Part shown: positions 37,899 through 50,200 of the stretch, one piece after another
Layout: every line of letters begins with the position of its first letter
Numbering within the stretch: the first letter of the stretch is position 1
Assembly (NCBI GenBank): GCA_043732705.1
Contig: JAYTHE010000002.1
Span: forward strand, 56,385-120,384
Length of the DNA stretch: 64,000 nucleotides
Origin: Candidatus Omnitrophota bacterium
Lineage (GTDB): Bacteria > Omnitrophota > Omnitrophia > Omnitrophales > Aquincolibacteriaceae
Reading direction: 5' to 3'
Notes under the pieces: model-generated
The model's database searches: none
Told to the model about the DNA's origin: nothing
The model's input: only the letters and a program-made list of their open reading frames with translations
Translations under genes and position numbers: made by a program

Positions 37899-40409
37899 AT
37901 GAGAAAGCAAACGTTAAAAATAAATCAAATCCTCGCGGCATTTCAAATTGCAGGAATTGTTTTTTCACAGAATGTTTTTGCAGCCGATCTTATGCTGGTG
38001 AGCAATCAACCCGTAGCGGTTGTTTCGGCAACAACCGCCGCAACATCAACAGCTGCGGCGCCGATACCGGCTGACCCGCTCGCAGACCATCCGCTTTCCG
38101 CCGCAACTATGCCGCCGCTTCCTGCAGGTTATACACGCGCGGCATCGAATATCAATTTTGCGTTTCAGGTCAAGTCGACCGGAACGTATGGAAAAAGTCT
38201 TGTTCTGCGAGATTTAAGAACGAACGTTGAGCAGACATTGGCTGGTTATTCGATCGAGACTTACGGAGAAAATATTTTTAAAGTTTACGACGTTTCTCCT
38301 GACGGTCAATTTGTCGTGTTCGCCGACAAAAGCGGGGATGAAGCGCGGCTTCAGCGCATTGATAATCCTGCCAGTAAAATCAGTGTGAATATGGCGGGTA
38401 CAGGAGGATTAGGTGCGATTGAGTGGGCTGGAACAGGAAGCGCTTCCACTGTAATTTTGACCAATCTCGTCGGCAGTCAAAGTCAAAATGTCCTCGTCGG
38501 TAGTCAAAAGGTTACGGTTCTTCTTTCAACATTCACCGTCATACCTAACTTACCTGCGGGATATGTGCGCGCGGAATCGAATGTCAATTTTGCCTTTCAG
38601 GTCGACACTCTCAATACTTATTTGTACCGGTTGAAGTTAATGGACTTACGGACGGGACAAATTCAAATATTGGCGACATCGTCGCTGGAATCTTACGGCG
38701 ATAAAGTCTTTAAAGTCCGGGATGTTTCACCAAGCGGGGAATTTGTCGTGTTTGCGGACAAAGGCGGCAGCGAGGCGCGGCTTCAACGCATTGATAATCC
38801 TGCCAGTAAAATTAGTGTGAGTATGGCGGGTACAGGAGGATTAGGTGCGATTGAGTGGGCTGGAACAGGAAGCGCTTCCACTGTAATTTTGACCAATCTC
38901 ATCGGCAGTCAAAGTCAAAATGTCCTCGTCGGTAGTCAAAAGGTTACGGTTCTTCTTTCAACTTTCACGGTCATGCCTAATAATTTGATTCAGCCTTCTC
39001 AGACATTGTCGTCTTACAACATCCGGCCGTTGCCGACAGACGGCCGCGCTCAGGGAGATCAGCCTTTTCCGACCATAACAACCGTGGCGCCTGCAGGTGC
39101 AGTCGCAATATTGGGCCAAAATGCGCGCGGTATCCAGTCTTCTTATGAAACACGCAGCGCAGGGTGGGCGGGCGTGGGATTTACTTTTGATAATTTTTCA
39201 ACGACTGGAATCGAAACAGGAAATTTGTCAATTCTTTCTCAACTCACGTTCGGAGTAAGGGGGGATACTTCAACGATAAAATTAGAAGTTGTGGATTCGC
39301 TAGATCGAAAAGCAGTGATTCATCTTACGGGAATTCGCTCCGATATCGAAGGTGTATGGTCAATTCCTGTTTCGTCCTTGACGGGGATTGATCTTGGCAA
39401 GGTACGGATGATTTATTTCATCGTCGAAGGGGATAACAAGACCGGTGCTCTTTATATCAATCAGTACCCGCTTGGCTCGAGCTTTCCAAAGGTGTATCAA
39501 TCCTCAACGGAAATTACTGCGCTACCCGGGAATCCTGCCAATAACACAGTCATTCCCAATGGCGCGACTGCATCAATGACAGCCACAGGCCGCGGCGGTG
39601 TTCTGACTTATAATTCCGGTGCCCCGGGATGGGTGGGCGGAGGATTCAATTATGACAATTTTTCCACAACAGCGATTGAAACAGCGGATTTTAGTGTTTA
39701 TAAGCAATTAATCTTCGGACTTAAAGGCAGTCCTTTGCGGGTCAAGCTTGAATTCATTGACGACCAAAACAAAAAGGCAGACTTTTATTTGGAGCAAATA
39801 CGGACTGACCTTGAGAATGAATGGGCTGTTAGCACGGCCGATATCATTGCCGCCGGCGTGAATCTTCAAAAAATCAGGATGATTTATTTTATTATTGAAG
39901 GCGTGAATCAATCCGGAACGCTTGAGATTAATCGCATGCCCACAGTAATACAACCAAATATGGCGGCAAACATTCAAGCGTTGCCGGAAAGCCCCACACC
40001 GCGTGTTGTCAAAGTTGCGCCCGCGACGGGCACAATTGCGACCGTATCGACGCTTTCACGCGGCGCTCGGCTGGATTATCAGACCGGCACGCCGGGATGG
40101 GCAGGAGTTGGATTTACTTATGATGATCCGGCTACACCTGCAGTCGAAAGTGTGAATTTAAGCACTTTGCCTTATCTTGGATTTGGGATAAAAGGCAACG
40201 CCACCCAGGTCAAGCTGGAACTTGTAGATGCGGACGGCCGCAAGGCTTCCGTGAAGTTGACCGGCATTCGAAGTGATTTGGAACAGCGGTGGGCAATTTC
40301 GCTTTTACCTTTTGCGGCTTACGGGATCGATTTGACGCGAATCAGAACGCTGTACTTTATCGTGGAAGGCCAAAATCAAAACGGTATCCTCGATATTTAC
40401 CGGCTTTAA
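37899..40409 (+). CDS. Large secreted repeat protein: two N-terminal repeats of about 145 aa plus three CBM/CIA30-like modules of about 110 aa; likely a carbohydrate-binding surface protein under LacI control
   Basis: A signal peptide is present. The N-terminal 435 bp unit is duplicated, and a roughly 240 bp stretch (38301-38540 against 38730-38970) is nearly identical. The motif GWAGVGFT.D.......E is repeated three times. Confidence 0.55.
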   Translation: MRKQTLKINQILAAFQIAGIVFSQNVFAADLMLVSNQPVAVVSATTAATSTAAAPIPADPLADHPLSAATMPPLPAGYTRAASNINFAFQVKSTGTYGKSLVLRDLRTNVEQTLAGYSIETYGENIFKVYDVSPDGQFVVFADKSGDEARLQRIDNPASKISVNMAGTGGLGAIEWAGTGSASTVILTNLVGSQSQNVLVGSQKVTVLLSTFTVIPNLPAGYVRAESNVNFAFQVDTLNTYLYRLKLMDLRTGQIQILATSSLESYGDKVFKVRDVSPSGEFVVFADKGGSEARLQRIDNPASKISVSMAGTGGLGAIEWAGTGSASTVILTNLIGSQSQNVLVGSQKVTVLLSTFTVMPNNLIQPSQTLSSYNIRPLPTDGRAQGDQPFPTITTVAPAGAVAILGQNARGIQSSYETRSAGWAGVGFTFDNFSTTGIETGNLSILSQLTFGVRGDTSTIKLEVVDSLDRKAVIHLTGIRSDIEGVWSIPVSSLTGIDLGKVRMIYFIVEGDNKTGALYINQYPLGSSFPKVYQSSTEITALPGNPANNTVIPNGATASMTATGRGGVLTYNSGAPGWVGGGFNYDNFSTTAIETADFSVYKQLIFGLKGSPLRVKLEFIDDQNKKADFYLEQIRTDLENEWAVSTADIIAAGVNLQKIRMIYFIIEGVNQSGTLEINRMPTVIQPNMAANIQALPESPTPRVVKVAPATGTIATVSTLSRGARLDYQTGTPGWAGVGFTYDDPATPAVESVNLSTLPYLGFGIKGNATQVKLELVDADGRKASVKLTGIRSDLEQRWAISLLPFAAYGIDLTRIRTLYFIVEGQNQNGILDIYRL

Positions 40410-40436
40410 AATAAGAAGATCCAAAAAGGAGAGACT

Positions 40437-41105
40437 TTGAAAAGAGCTTCTCGAATTTTATTCGGCGTATTTTTATTGAGCATCTTTGCTTTTGTGCCAT
40501 TAGGCGGGTGCGAAGAATTTAAAAAAGAACCGTCCGACTTTTACACATTAGATGTTTCCCACAAATATCAACCGCATTTTCAAAGTCCTCAAAAATATAC
40601 AGCGGAGGACATGCGATTTTTAGCACACGAAGTTTTAATCAAGATGAAGCAAATATTAGGGGTCGAATTTGACCGCGGAAATCCGGCTCATGTCCGTGAG
40701 CTTGCCGAATTTTTTAAATTACTTCCCAATGAGGAGCTGGATATTTATTCCACGCCTATGTCGGATTCTGACATTTTGTATTTTGTGGATTCCGAACAAT
40801 TTGGGACCAAAGAATTGTATCCTCAAAACGCGCAGCAGCTTGTCGTGCGGTTTTATTGGGAGGGGCTGGCCCGCATAGCTGCCGAACATTACAAATTAAG
40901 AGTGGTGGATAACAAATCCGCTGTGAAGCCGCGCATGTCGCGCGGTAAGGTAAGCGATATGGCAACTACAGCGATGTTCGAGAAGCGGCCCGGCATAAGT
41001 ATTGCGCAGGCTGCCAAAGAAAATAAGGAACGATATGATTTTGGCAGGCTCATTAAACATCTTCACGAGAAAGGATTGCCTCGCGCCAACAAACGAAGCA
41101 GTTAG
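40437..41105 (+). CDS. Hypothetical lipoprotein
   Basis: Lipobox PLGGC after a signal peptide. Confidence 0.45.
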   Translation: MKRASRILFGVFLLSIFAFVPLGGCEEFKKEPSDFYTLDVSHKYQPHFQSPQKYTAEDMRFLAHEVLIKMKQILGVEFDRGNPAHVRELAEFFKLLPNEELDIYSTPMSDSDILYFVDSEQFGTKELYPQNAQQLVVRFYWEGLARIAAEHYKLRVVDNKSAVKPRMSRGKVSDMATTAMFEKRPGISIAQAAKENKERYDFGRLIKHLHEKGLPRANKRSS

Positions 41106-41260
41106 GATGGTAATTTTAAGACAGCCGCTTGATGATGACCCGCAAGATCAAGCATTTCACAACCCGAAAGAGTCTTCCATTGACCGGGAACACCATTGCT
41201 ATGTATTGTTATAAACTGCACGAGAGAGACATTTTTTAAATAATTTATTTTTCCGAAAAT

Positions 41261-44200
41261 TTGATTTTTGAAAAAGATCAGTTACGTTTCCTTAAAGTTG
41301 TTTCATCTAAGAAAAAGGAATCGATCGTGCTATCCCAAAATCATTTTTTTTATTCTGCGCGTTTGCGCCGTGTTATAGCTTTTTTTCTTGTGATAGTGTT
41401 TCTTTTTTCTGACTACGCTTTTCTTCCTGCGAGCTTTGCACAAACCCTGCGTGCAACGGGTGCTGGCAATTTGTCCGCTTCGAATTTCGTTCCAATGAAA
41501 CTGGCTTTTTCTGAATCGTGGGGAAAGGTTGACGAAACGTTTAAGGGAGCTTCACAGAAAACATTAATTTTGATTCAGGACGCGCATGATTCGCTTGAAG
41601 CTCAGGAAAATATTGCGCATCTTGTTGATTATTTTGTCCGCGAGAAAAAAGTTCATACCGTTTACGAAGAAGGGCTAGAAGGCAAAGTTCCCACCGACGA
41701 TTATTTCGGTTTTATCCGCAACTCGGATGTGAAGCGCGAAGTCGCTTATTATTTAATGGATCATTTGCGTGTCGGTGGTGCTGAGTATGCGCATATTAAT
41801 CGTCACCGGCCGTTTAATTTGGTCGGAATCGATAATCATAAACTGCATGAACAAAACTTGTTCTGGTTTCGACGTGTTTTTCAAAATAGCGATGTTATTC
41901 AAAACGACTTGCGATTGCTTAAAAAACGCCTTCAAAAAATCGCCGATAAAAAATTAAACAAAAAAATAAAGAGCTGGCTCAAAGGTTATGAGCGTTATCA
42001 TCGCGGCGAAATGGCTTTTTATGATTTTCTGCGCCCCAGTGTCGATGCGCTCGGCAAGCAGCCTTTTCCGTCCAAACAGTTTCCTCAAATTCAAATCCTG
42101 CGGGAACCTTCCGATTTAGCGCAAATCAAAACACCGGAACTTTTTAAAGAAGTCGAAAGCTTTGATTCCTGGATGCTCGAAGCTTTGGGCCATAATGCTG
42201 ATGAAAAAGAACTTTTACGGCTTTTTCGACAAGTTATGCTTTTCGAAAAACTCAGCACTTTTAAGCTGACGCCCCATGAATTTAAATGGGCGCAGGAAGT
42301 TCTCAGGTCATTCAACACGCAAGCCGCCGCCAAATTTATCCACCGTGCATCTAATCAATCCGTTGTGCTTTCGACGGTTTGGGAATCTTATTTGCGCGAC
42401 GCATTACAGTTTTATGAAACGGCCTATGCGCGTGATGAGGCCGTCGAGCAAAATCTTGCGAACGGTTTTTTGAATGACAAAGAAAATGAAGCCGTGCTCG
42501 TCTTCGGCGGATTTCATAAAGATGCCATCAAAAATATTTTGCAGAGGCACGGGATTTCTTATGCTGTAATCAGTCCTAAGATCTCGGGAGTTTCGAAAAG
42601 GCATCAGGCCTATTATCAGGAAATTATGGCACATGGATATTTGAAATCAGAACTTCCGCAAGCCTTGGCGCGTGCGACGGTTCAAAACCATGTTTTTCAA
42701 ATTACTTCCCGCGAAGGTTTTCCCGCATATTTACGAAGAGTTCTGCCCCCACGTCTGTCTTCTTTGCTGCCTTTGACAATCGCACGTTCTGAACAACGCG
42801 ATAACGGTATCGAACGTGTGGACTACCCTGACTCCCATTTGCGCATTGCCATGGCGCAAATCAATACAACCGTCGGAGATTTTGAAGGCAATTATCGTAA
42901 AGCTTTAGCATCGTATGAAAAGGCGCGCACTCAAGATGTGGATGTGCTTGTTCTGCCCGAGCTAACTATTTCCGGTTATTTGCCGGAAGACTTGGTCAAT
43001 AAAGAACATTTTGTGCGCCAAAACAAAGAAACATTGCATTTGTTTGCGAAACAGATTCAAGACATGACGGTGGTGATCGGATTTATTGATTCCGATGATC
43101 AGGGTAATTTGTATAACGCCGCCGCGGTGATCTCAGACGGTGAAGTCAAACATGTTTATCATAAATGGGATTTGCCGAATTACGGCGTGTTTGACGAAAA
43201 ACGAAATTTTACCGGCAAAGAAACAACGATTTTCACTCCCGGACACACGCCATTTGTTTTTACGGTTAAAGGTTTGCCGGTGGGCCTTAATATTTGTGAA
43301 GACATATGGAATGACCGCGGTCGCGGACTCAATGTGTATGAAGAAGAAGCCAAGTTGGGCGCAAAATTACAAATCAATATTTCAGCGTCTCCTTTTCATG
43401 AACAAAAACTGGATCAAGTCCGCTTAGATTTGTTGCGAAAAAGAGCCGCGCAAACAGGTTCCATTATTCTTTATGCGAATTTGGTGGGGGGACAAGATGA
43501 GGTTGTTTTCGACGGTGGCAGCATGATTATGACTCCGCAAGGAGAGTTGACTGCGCGTGGAGCCCAGTTTCAAGAAGACCTCGTTATTACGGACGTTGAT
43601 TTAAGCCGTTCGAATAATCAGCCTCATGCGGATGCGCTTTTCCCCGCAATGAGCCCGTCGCAAAACAGCAGCCGTAAGGTTCCGCTCGAAAAACGTGAAT
43701 TAACACCGCCGCTTTCGGCAATTGCGGAAGATTACGAAGCGATGGTTCTCGCGACGCGTGATTATTTAAGAAAAAGTGGTTTCAAAACAGTGGTTTTGGG
43801 TTTGAGTGGCGGAATTGATTCGGCGGTTGTCGCTGCCATTGCACGTGATGCGATTGGTGCTGAAAATGTGAAAGGCATTTCGATGCCGACACAATTTAAT
43901 AGTGAAGGCACGAAAAGCGATGCGCGCATAACCGCCGAAAAGCTTGGGATTAAATTTGAAGAGAATCCGATTCAGAACTTGTTTAGCCTGTTTCTAAGCA
44001 CGGTCGAAGGTAACGCCAAGACAGGCTTTGTGGCGACATTTTATGCCTTTTTACGCTGGTTTTCTATGATGCCCAAATTTGGACATTGGTTTCAACGTTT
44101 TTCCCTCGTCGGTTTTTCAGCGTTCGGAATTTCAGAAGAAAATATGCAAGCTCGCATTCGGGGCATGATGTTAATGCGTGAATCCAACAAAAATGGCTCG

Positions 44201-47200
44201 TTGCTTTTGACCACCGGCAATAAAAGTGAAACGGCAGTGGGTTATGCAACTTTATATGGAGATATGGCAGGCGGATTTGCACCGATTAAAGATGCCTATA
44301 AAACTAGAGTATTTGATTTTGCACGGTATGTGAATCAGCGCGATGCTAGAGAAGTGATCCCTGTGAGCACAATTGACAGACCGCCTTCCGCGGAATTAAA
44401 CAAAGACCAAAAAGATGAAGATGCGCTGCCGCCTTATGTGACGGAGCTTGATCCGATGCTCAAGCTTTATCTTGAAAAAAATGCCCCGGCTGAAGATTTG
44501 GCAGTTGTTGCCGGAATGAAACAGGCTTTAACAGAGAAGGGCATTTATTCGGAGGAGAAACATCGGCTTTTTGCGGACGAAGTTTTCACAACGGGCAATT
44601 TGATCCAGGCGCTTGCGAAACTTCGGGCGCAGCTTGGCAACCCCAATGACGAGCCCTTTTCCAGTCTTAAGGAAAGAGCCGCAGAATTAGGCTCCAAAAA
44701 AGCGCATGATGTGATTCGCCGCGTTGATTTAAATGAATATAAACGTCGGCAGGGACCTCCGGGAGTTAAATTAACACCGACCGCCTTTGGTAAAGACCGG
44801 CGCATGCCCATCGTGAATACTTATCGTCAAAGAGGGGTTGAAGATTTTTTACGCCGTGATGGCGCACCCCGAGCTGTAACAGTTAAAAAAGAAGACGCCG
44901 CGCTGATTGTCGGAAAATTCGCGCCTTTTCATAACGGCCATGAATCTTTGATTAGGCAGGCATTAAATGAAAATGAAAAAGTAGTTGTTTTGGTTTATGA
45001 CCATCCCGAATTAATTAATATTTCCGCCACTGAAATGGCTGAAATGATTACAAAAATTATTAACAACGAGCGTTTGACGGTCATTCCTGTTTATGGCGCC
45101 CCTCCGGCCGGAGATTCCCGGGAAGCACGTCAAGCGCATCTTGATTTCATGAAACGGCAATTGCCGCCCAATATTCATGTTACCAAGGTTTATAACAATG
45201 AATGGTATGGCAAAGATATTGCGAATGGATTAAATGCGGAAATTATTCAACCCGATCCTAAAAGAACGCAGATTGGTATTTCTGCAAAAAAAATCCGTCA
45301 AGATCCCACTTCGCTTGCGGAAGCCCATGTGCATCCGGATATGTGGGAGCGATTGCAAAAATCAGGAACTAAAATGTGGGCGGTTCCGGATCAGGAAAGG
45401 CTTTACCGTGAAGGCATGGATGCAAGTTTTGTTGATCGGTCCATGGACGAAGCTGAGAAGGTAAGAATCCGCGCAAGTATTGAGGCTAAAAATCCAGGCT
45501 ATGCAGATAAGGCTAAGCTTTTCGCACCCGTCAAATGGGATCCGGCAACGTACGAAAGTGAAAACCTTCCTTCAGTTGTTGGCAATCTGAGAGATCACGC
45601 CACATTCAGCCAGCAACGCGGTGTGCGTATTTTGGATTTATTAATCCGCGATCCTAAAAAAGGCTGGGCCATTCCGAAAGTTCTTGAGCCTTTCCGCGAA
45701 GCGATTCAAATGGCGGTGGAACATGAACGCGCGATCAACCCTGATTTTGATGAATTGCATGTTTACGTGACGATTGACCAAAAGAAAGTCGAGCCGGATA
45801 AATTTCAACGCCGTCCCGGCGGGCATGCCGATGCTTTTCCGACGAAAGAAACCAACAACATTTCATCGGAGCTTGTTTTGGATGACACCTACATCATGTC
45901 GGACCGGCCTGAAATTTCGACATGGCTCATGCCCGGACCTTTTCCGGTCAAGGATGTTGATTTGAATGATGATGAAGCCGTTTTGAAGCGTTTTGATGAG
46001 GTCGGACAAAAGCAAATCGCAGCCGGCAAAGCAAAGCAAATGCCCGCGTTTCAAATGATTCGCATGACGCCCTATGACATTCATGCGGTTGCGCAAAATA
46101 AGACAGGCCATCCGATTGAACGTACCTTTATCAAGGTGCAATTCAGCCGCGACCGTTTGAACATGATGGGCAATACCTTGAACCGCGTTGAAGATAAAAA
46201 GGGCACGCCTGTTTTTGATTATTCGGATTGGACATGGATTCCCCGCAAACAGGGGGTGCGTAATAACCGTAACAGTATTCTTGGTTGGAATCGCGCGGAT
46301 GCGGATCAATTTCTTGAAGTGGATCCTTCCAAAATTGATTTTAATCAGGGTAAAGTGGCTTTTGATTGGGCTGAGCCTGAAGTTTTATTTATTAAAAAAA
46401 TTGAGGGCGTGCATGCCGAGCCCGCGATTGAGGGCGAAGTTTTAGAGACAAAGGTCAATGGGGATATCGTCACTTTCAATATCGCGCAAAAAGGCGACCG
46501 AAAAATTACCACGAGCCAGGGCGATCAATATTTTTTAAGCGATGAAAAATTTAGAGACCGTTACTTTGCGGATGAAGGCAAAGACGGTTTTTATCAGCCG
46601 CAAGCGCAGGTTGCGCGAGCTATTCGTATTATAAAACCGATTCGTATTCGCTCTTCTTGGGGTGCCTGGCAATATTTGTCTGTGGGCAGTGTTCTCGTTA
46701 GTACACACGCCGATCATGCTTACGGCATTCATAAAGATAATTATGAAGCGTCTTATCGCCGCACCGATGCTGAAGGCAATTTTCTGAGTGAACAATTATT
46801 GAATCCTGATCAGGTTGTTTCAGCAGATGTTTCGCCGGCTCTTAAAGGACAAATCGAGAGTCTTAATCCTGCTCATTCAACAGATAATCTTTTTGGTGTG
46901 GCCAAATGGGATGTCGCCGGATTCAATGAACCGCATTTACCGGTAGTCATCAGCGACACACTTTCAAATCGTGACAATGTCAGCTATTTTGAAGGTGACA
47001 CAGGTATACGCTACTTGGACCTTTTAATTTATGCCCCCGGCCAGGGGTGGGCCATTCCAAAAAATTTGGAACCGTTTATAGAACCGATTCGTTTAGCTTA
47101 TGAAGCAGAACGTTTAGCGAACCCTGCTTTTAAAGAACGGTTCATTCATATTACCGTTGATCAAAAAACAGTGCCAATAGACAAGCCCGGGCGCAGACCA

Positions 47201-50200
47201 GGATTGCATGCGGATGCCGGTTTGAAAGATGCGAATGGCCGTTCAATCGATGTGCTGGCTGAAAATCGCAGAGAGATTGAAGCGATGCGCGGCAAGTCGT
47301 CGGATCATGCGTATGTTTTTTATGATAAATTACCGACGGAATTTTATCCCGGGCCTTTTCATTTGGAACAAGCCGCTGACGGCGCCACTTTTGAATCTTT
47401 GGTTCCTCCCGGACAAACGCCCGTTACTTATCCGAAATTTACTTTGCTGCGGCTGAATGCTTTTGATGTACACACATCCACAATCAATCAAACCGGTGAG
47501 TCACAAAAACGGACATTTTTTAAACTTCAATTTACCGAACGCCTTTTGGACCGCCCAAATAATTCAATCAATTCCTTTTTGAATTATGACCGTGCCCGCG
47601 CGGTTTCAGTACAGCGCTCCGAACAGCGTTCAAACATGAGCCGTGAGGATGCGCTCGCGAATATTGCGAGATTGAATGCTGCGCGTCCAAAGGGTTACCC
47701 GGAAAGAAGCTTGAATCTTACCAAGCCTTATACTGCGCCGATTGTTTATAAAAATGCGCGTTCGAAGAAAAATCCTTATGGTTGGGCGCATCCTGATTTA
47801 AGCGACTCAAAAATTTCCGCGGCTGATAGACACCGTGCAATTGAAACATTGCGTGCCCATATTATGCGTTTTGATGAGCAGTTTGATCTAAGAACCGATT
47901 TTGATCCGGAAACGGGTTTGCCGGTTAACGATGCTGAAACCGGCTTGAACGGCAGAGGATCACTTGGGCGACATGGACCCAATCCGGCTGAAGATGCGAT
48001 TTTTTTGCGTTATAACAAAGCGGGTGAGTTGGAGGTTTTGGTGATTGAAAGAAATGACGGCGGCGGCCGGGCTTTGCCGGGCGGCATGATCAAGGAAGGG
48101 GAAGAAAATTTAGTCGGTGTGACATCAACTCGAGAATTAGAAGAAGAAACTAAGCTTCAAATTGATATGACGAAAGGTGTGGTTGTTTTTCGCGGGAAAG
48201 CGAATGAATGGCGCGATACCAATGATGCATGGATGGTGACACGAGGTGTGGCAGTTTTGCTTTCATGGGAAGAGTCCCAGCATTTAAAACCGCACGCAGG
48301 AAGTGACGCCAAGAAAAAGACTGCGCGCTTTGTTAAAGTTACCGACAATATGGGGCTTTACGCGCATCATCAAATTAATGTGAATAATGCCGTTGCGATG
48401 GTGAGAAATGGACAGCTTCAAACTTCAGATGAGGCTATCAACAAAAATATACCGGCTGTAGATATCACCATTACAGACATTGAAGAGGCCTATGAATTAT
48501 TCAAGGCGGGCAAAGGAAAAGTGTCAGAAAGTTACGATTTAATTGTGCCCGAAACTCCGCATGGCGGGGGCTATGCCGTTTTCGCGGGGCTTGAAGAAAC
48601 ACTTTCTTCAATTCGCCGCCGTCGATTTACACCTGATCACATCGCGGCTTTGCGCAAAATGGAAACTTTTTCAGAAGACTTTTTAAAATTTTTACAGCAA
48701 TTTACATTTGAAGGCGATTTGGATGCTTTGCCGGAAGGATCGGTTGTTTCACCGAAAATTCCTTTAATGCGTATTCAAGCCACGCCCGTGGAAATGGCGC
48801 TTTTAAAAGGTTTGATTCAAAACCGAATTGGTTTTAGTACGAATATTGCGACAAAGACTGCCCGAATTACTCAAGCGGCTAATGGTGATTTCGTGACTCC
48901 CGAGGCAATGGAACGTTTGCGCAAGAAAGACGGACTCGCTCCCGAGCAAGTCAAAAAAATACGCCCCGTTTCGGATTTTGGTCAGCGTCGAGGGCAGGGT
49001 AAAGGTTCGCTTGTCGCATCCCTCGCGGCAATTATTGGCGGAGCTATTTCGACTTCGTTTGTAAAAGCGGCAAAGCAGTTTTTCTTGAATGCAAGCGGAA
49101 CGATGGCGCATCTTTTTATCTCGTCTTTTCCGGCAAAATTAGAAATTATGGCTTTTCGTATTTGGGGAAAAATTTATCCGAAGACCTCTATTTTCCTGCT
49201 CGACACCTATGATTCAATTGAAGCGACAAAAAAAGCAATTATTGTCGCAAAAGAAATGGTCTTAAACGGAGGGCAGCTTTTTGGCGTTCGCTTAGATAGC
49301 GGCGATTTAGTGGTGCTATCGCGCACGATTCGAAAAATGCTGGATGATGCCGACCTTCACTATGTCAAAATTTTCGCGACGGATGATTTGGATGAATTTA
49401 AAATTACCGACATTTTATCAAAAGGCGCGCGCATTGACGGATTTGGCGTTGGCACGAATTTAATCACGGGCGGTAAACAAGCTACCTTAAAGTTGGAGTT
49501 TGTTCCATCTCATGGCGAGCGTTATTGGCGCGCGCGGCATCAAGGGCAATTTACGCGTTATGTGCGCACTGACAGAGACCGCGTGGCGCATGCGAGCTAT
49601 GGTGAAGAAATGACGGAGTTGCTCCGCCCCTTTTGGCGCAAGGGCCAACGTGTTCAAGATGCTAAAAAGCCCTGGAAAGCGCATGAGCGTGCAATTGATG
49701 AGCTTAGGCAATTTAAGCCCGAAAATAAAAAATTAGAAAACGCAGCCACGATTCCCGTTGAAGACCAAAAAAATCCTTTGACGATTAACCCCGAAACAGA
49801 TGCCATTATTTCGATTGACGCCACAAAAGCATTTATGAAAAAGGGTGGTTTGCCGGTGAAAGATGGCGACGATGTTGTTGCGCCCATCAAATTGCTCTTA
49901 CGGCGCTTTCCGAAAAATCGGCGTTTTGCGGCTGTAGACAAACATCCGCGTGGACATATATCTTGGGCAAGCTCTTTTGTCGGAACTCCACCCATGACTT
50001 ATTTAACTTATGAAGAGGTTGAAAAGTGGACGGATGCAAATCATAAAATTGGGCCGAATGCTAAATTTGACTTAGCGCAGCTTAAAGAAAAACTTAAAAG
50101 AATTGGCGGGCAAATGCTATGGCCCGATCACGCTGGAGAAAACACTCCGGAGTCGGAGCTGCATCCTGATTTTCTGGAAAGCGATTTTGAATATATTGAA

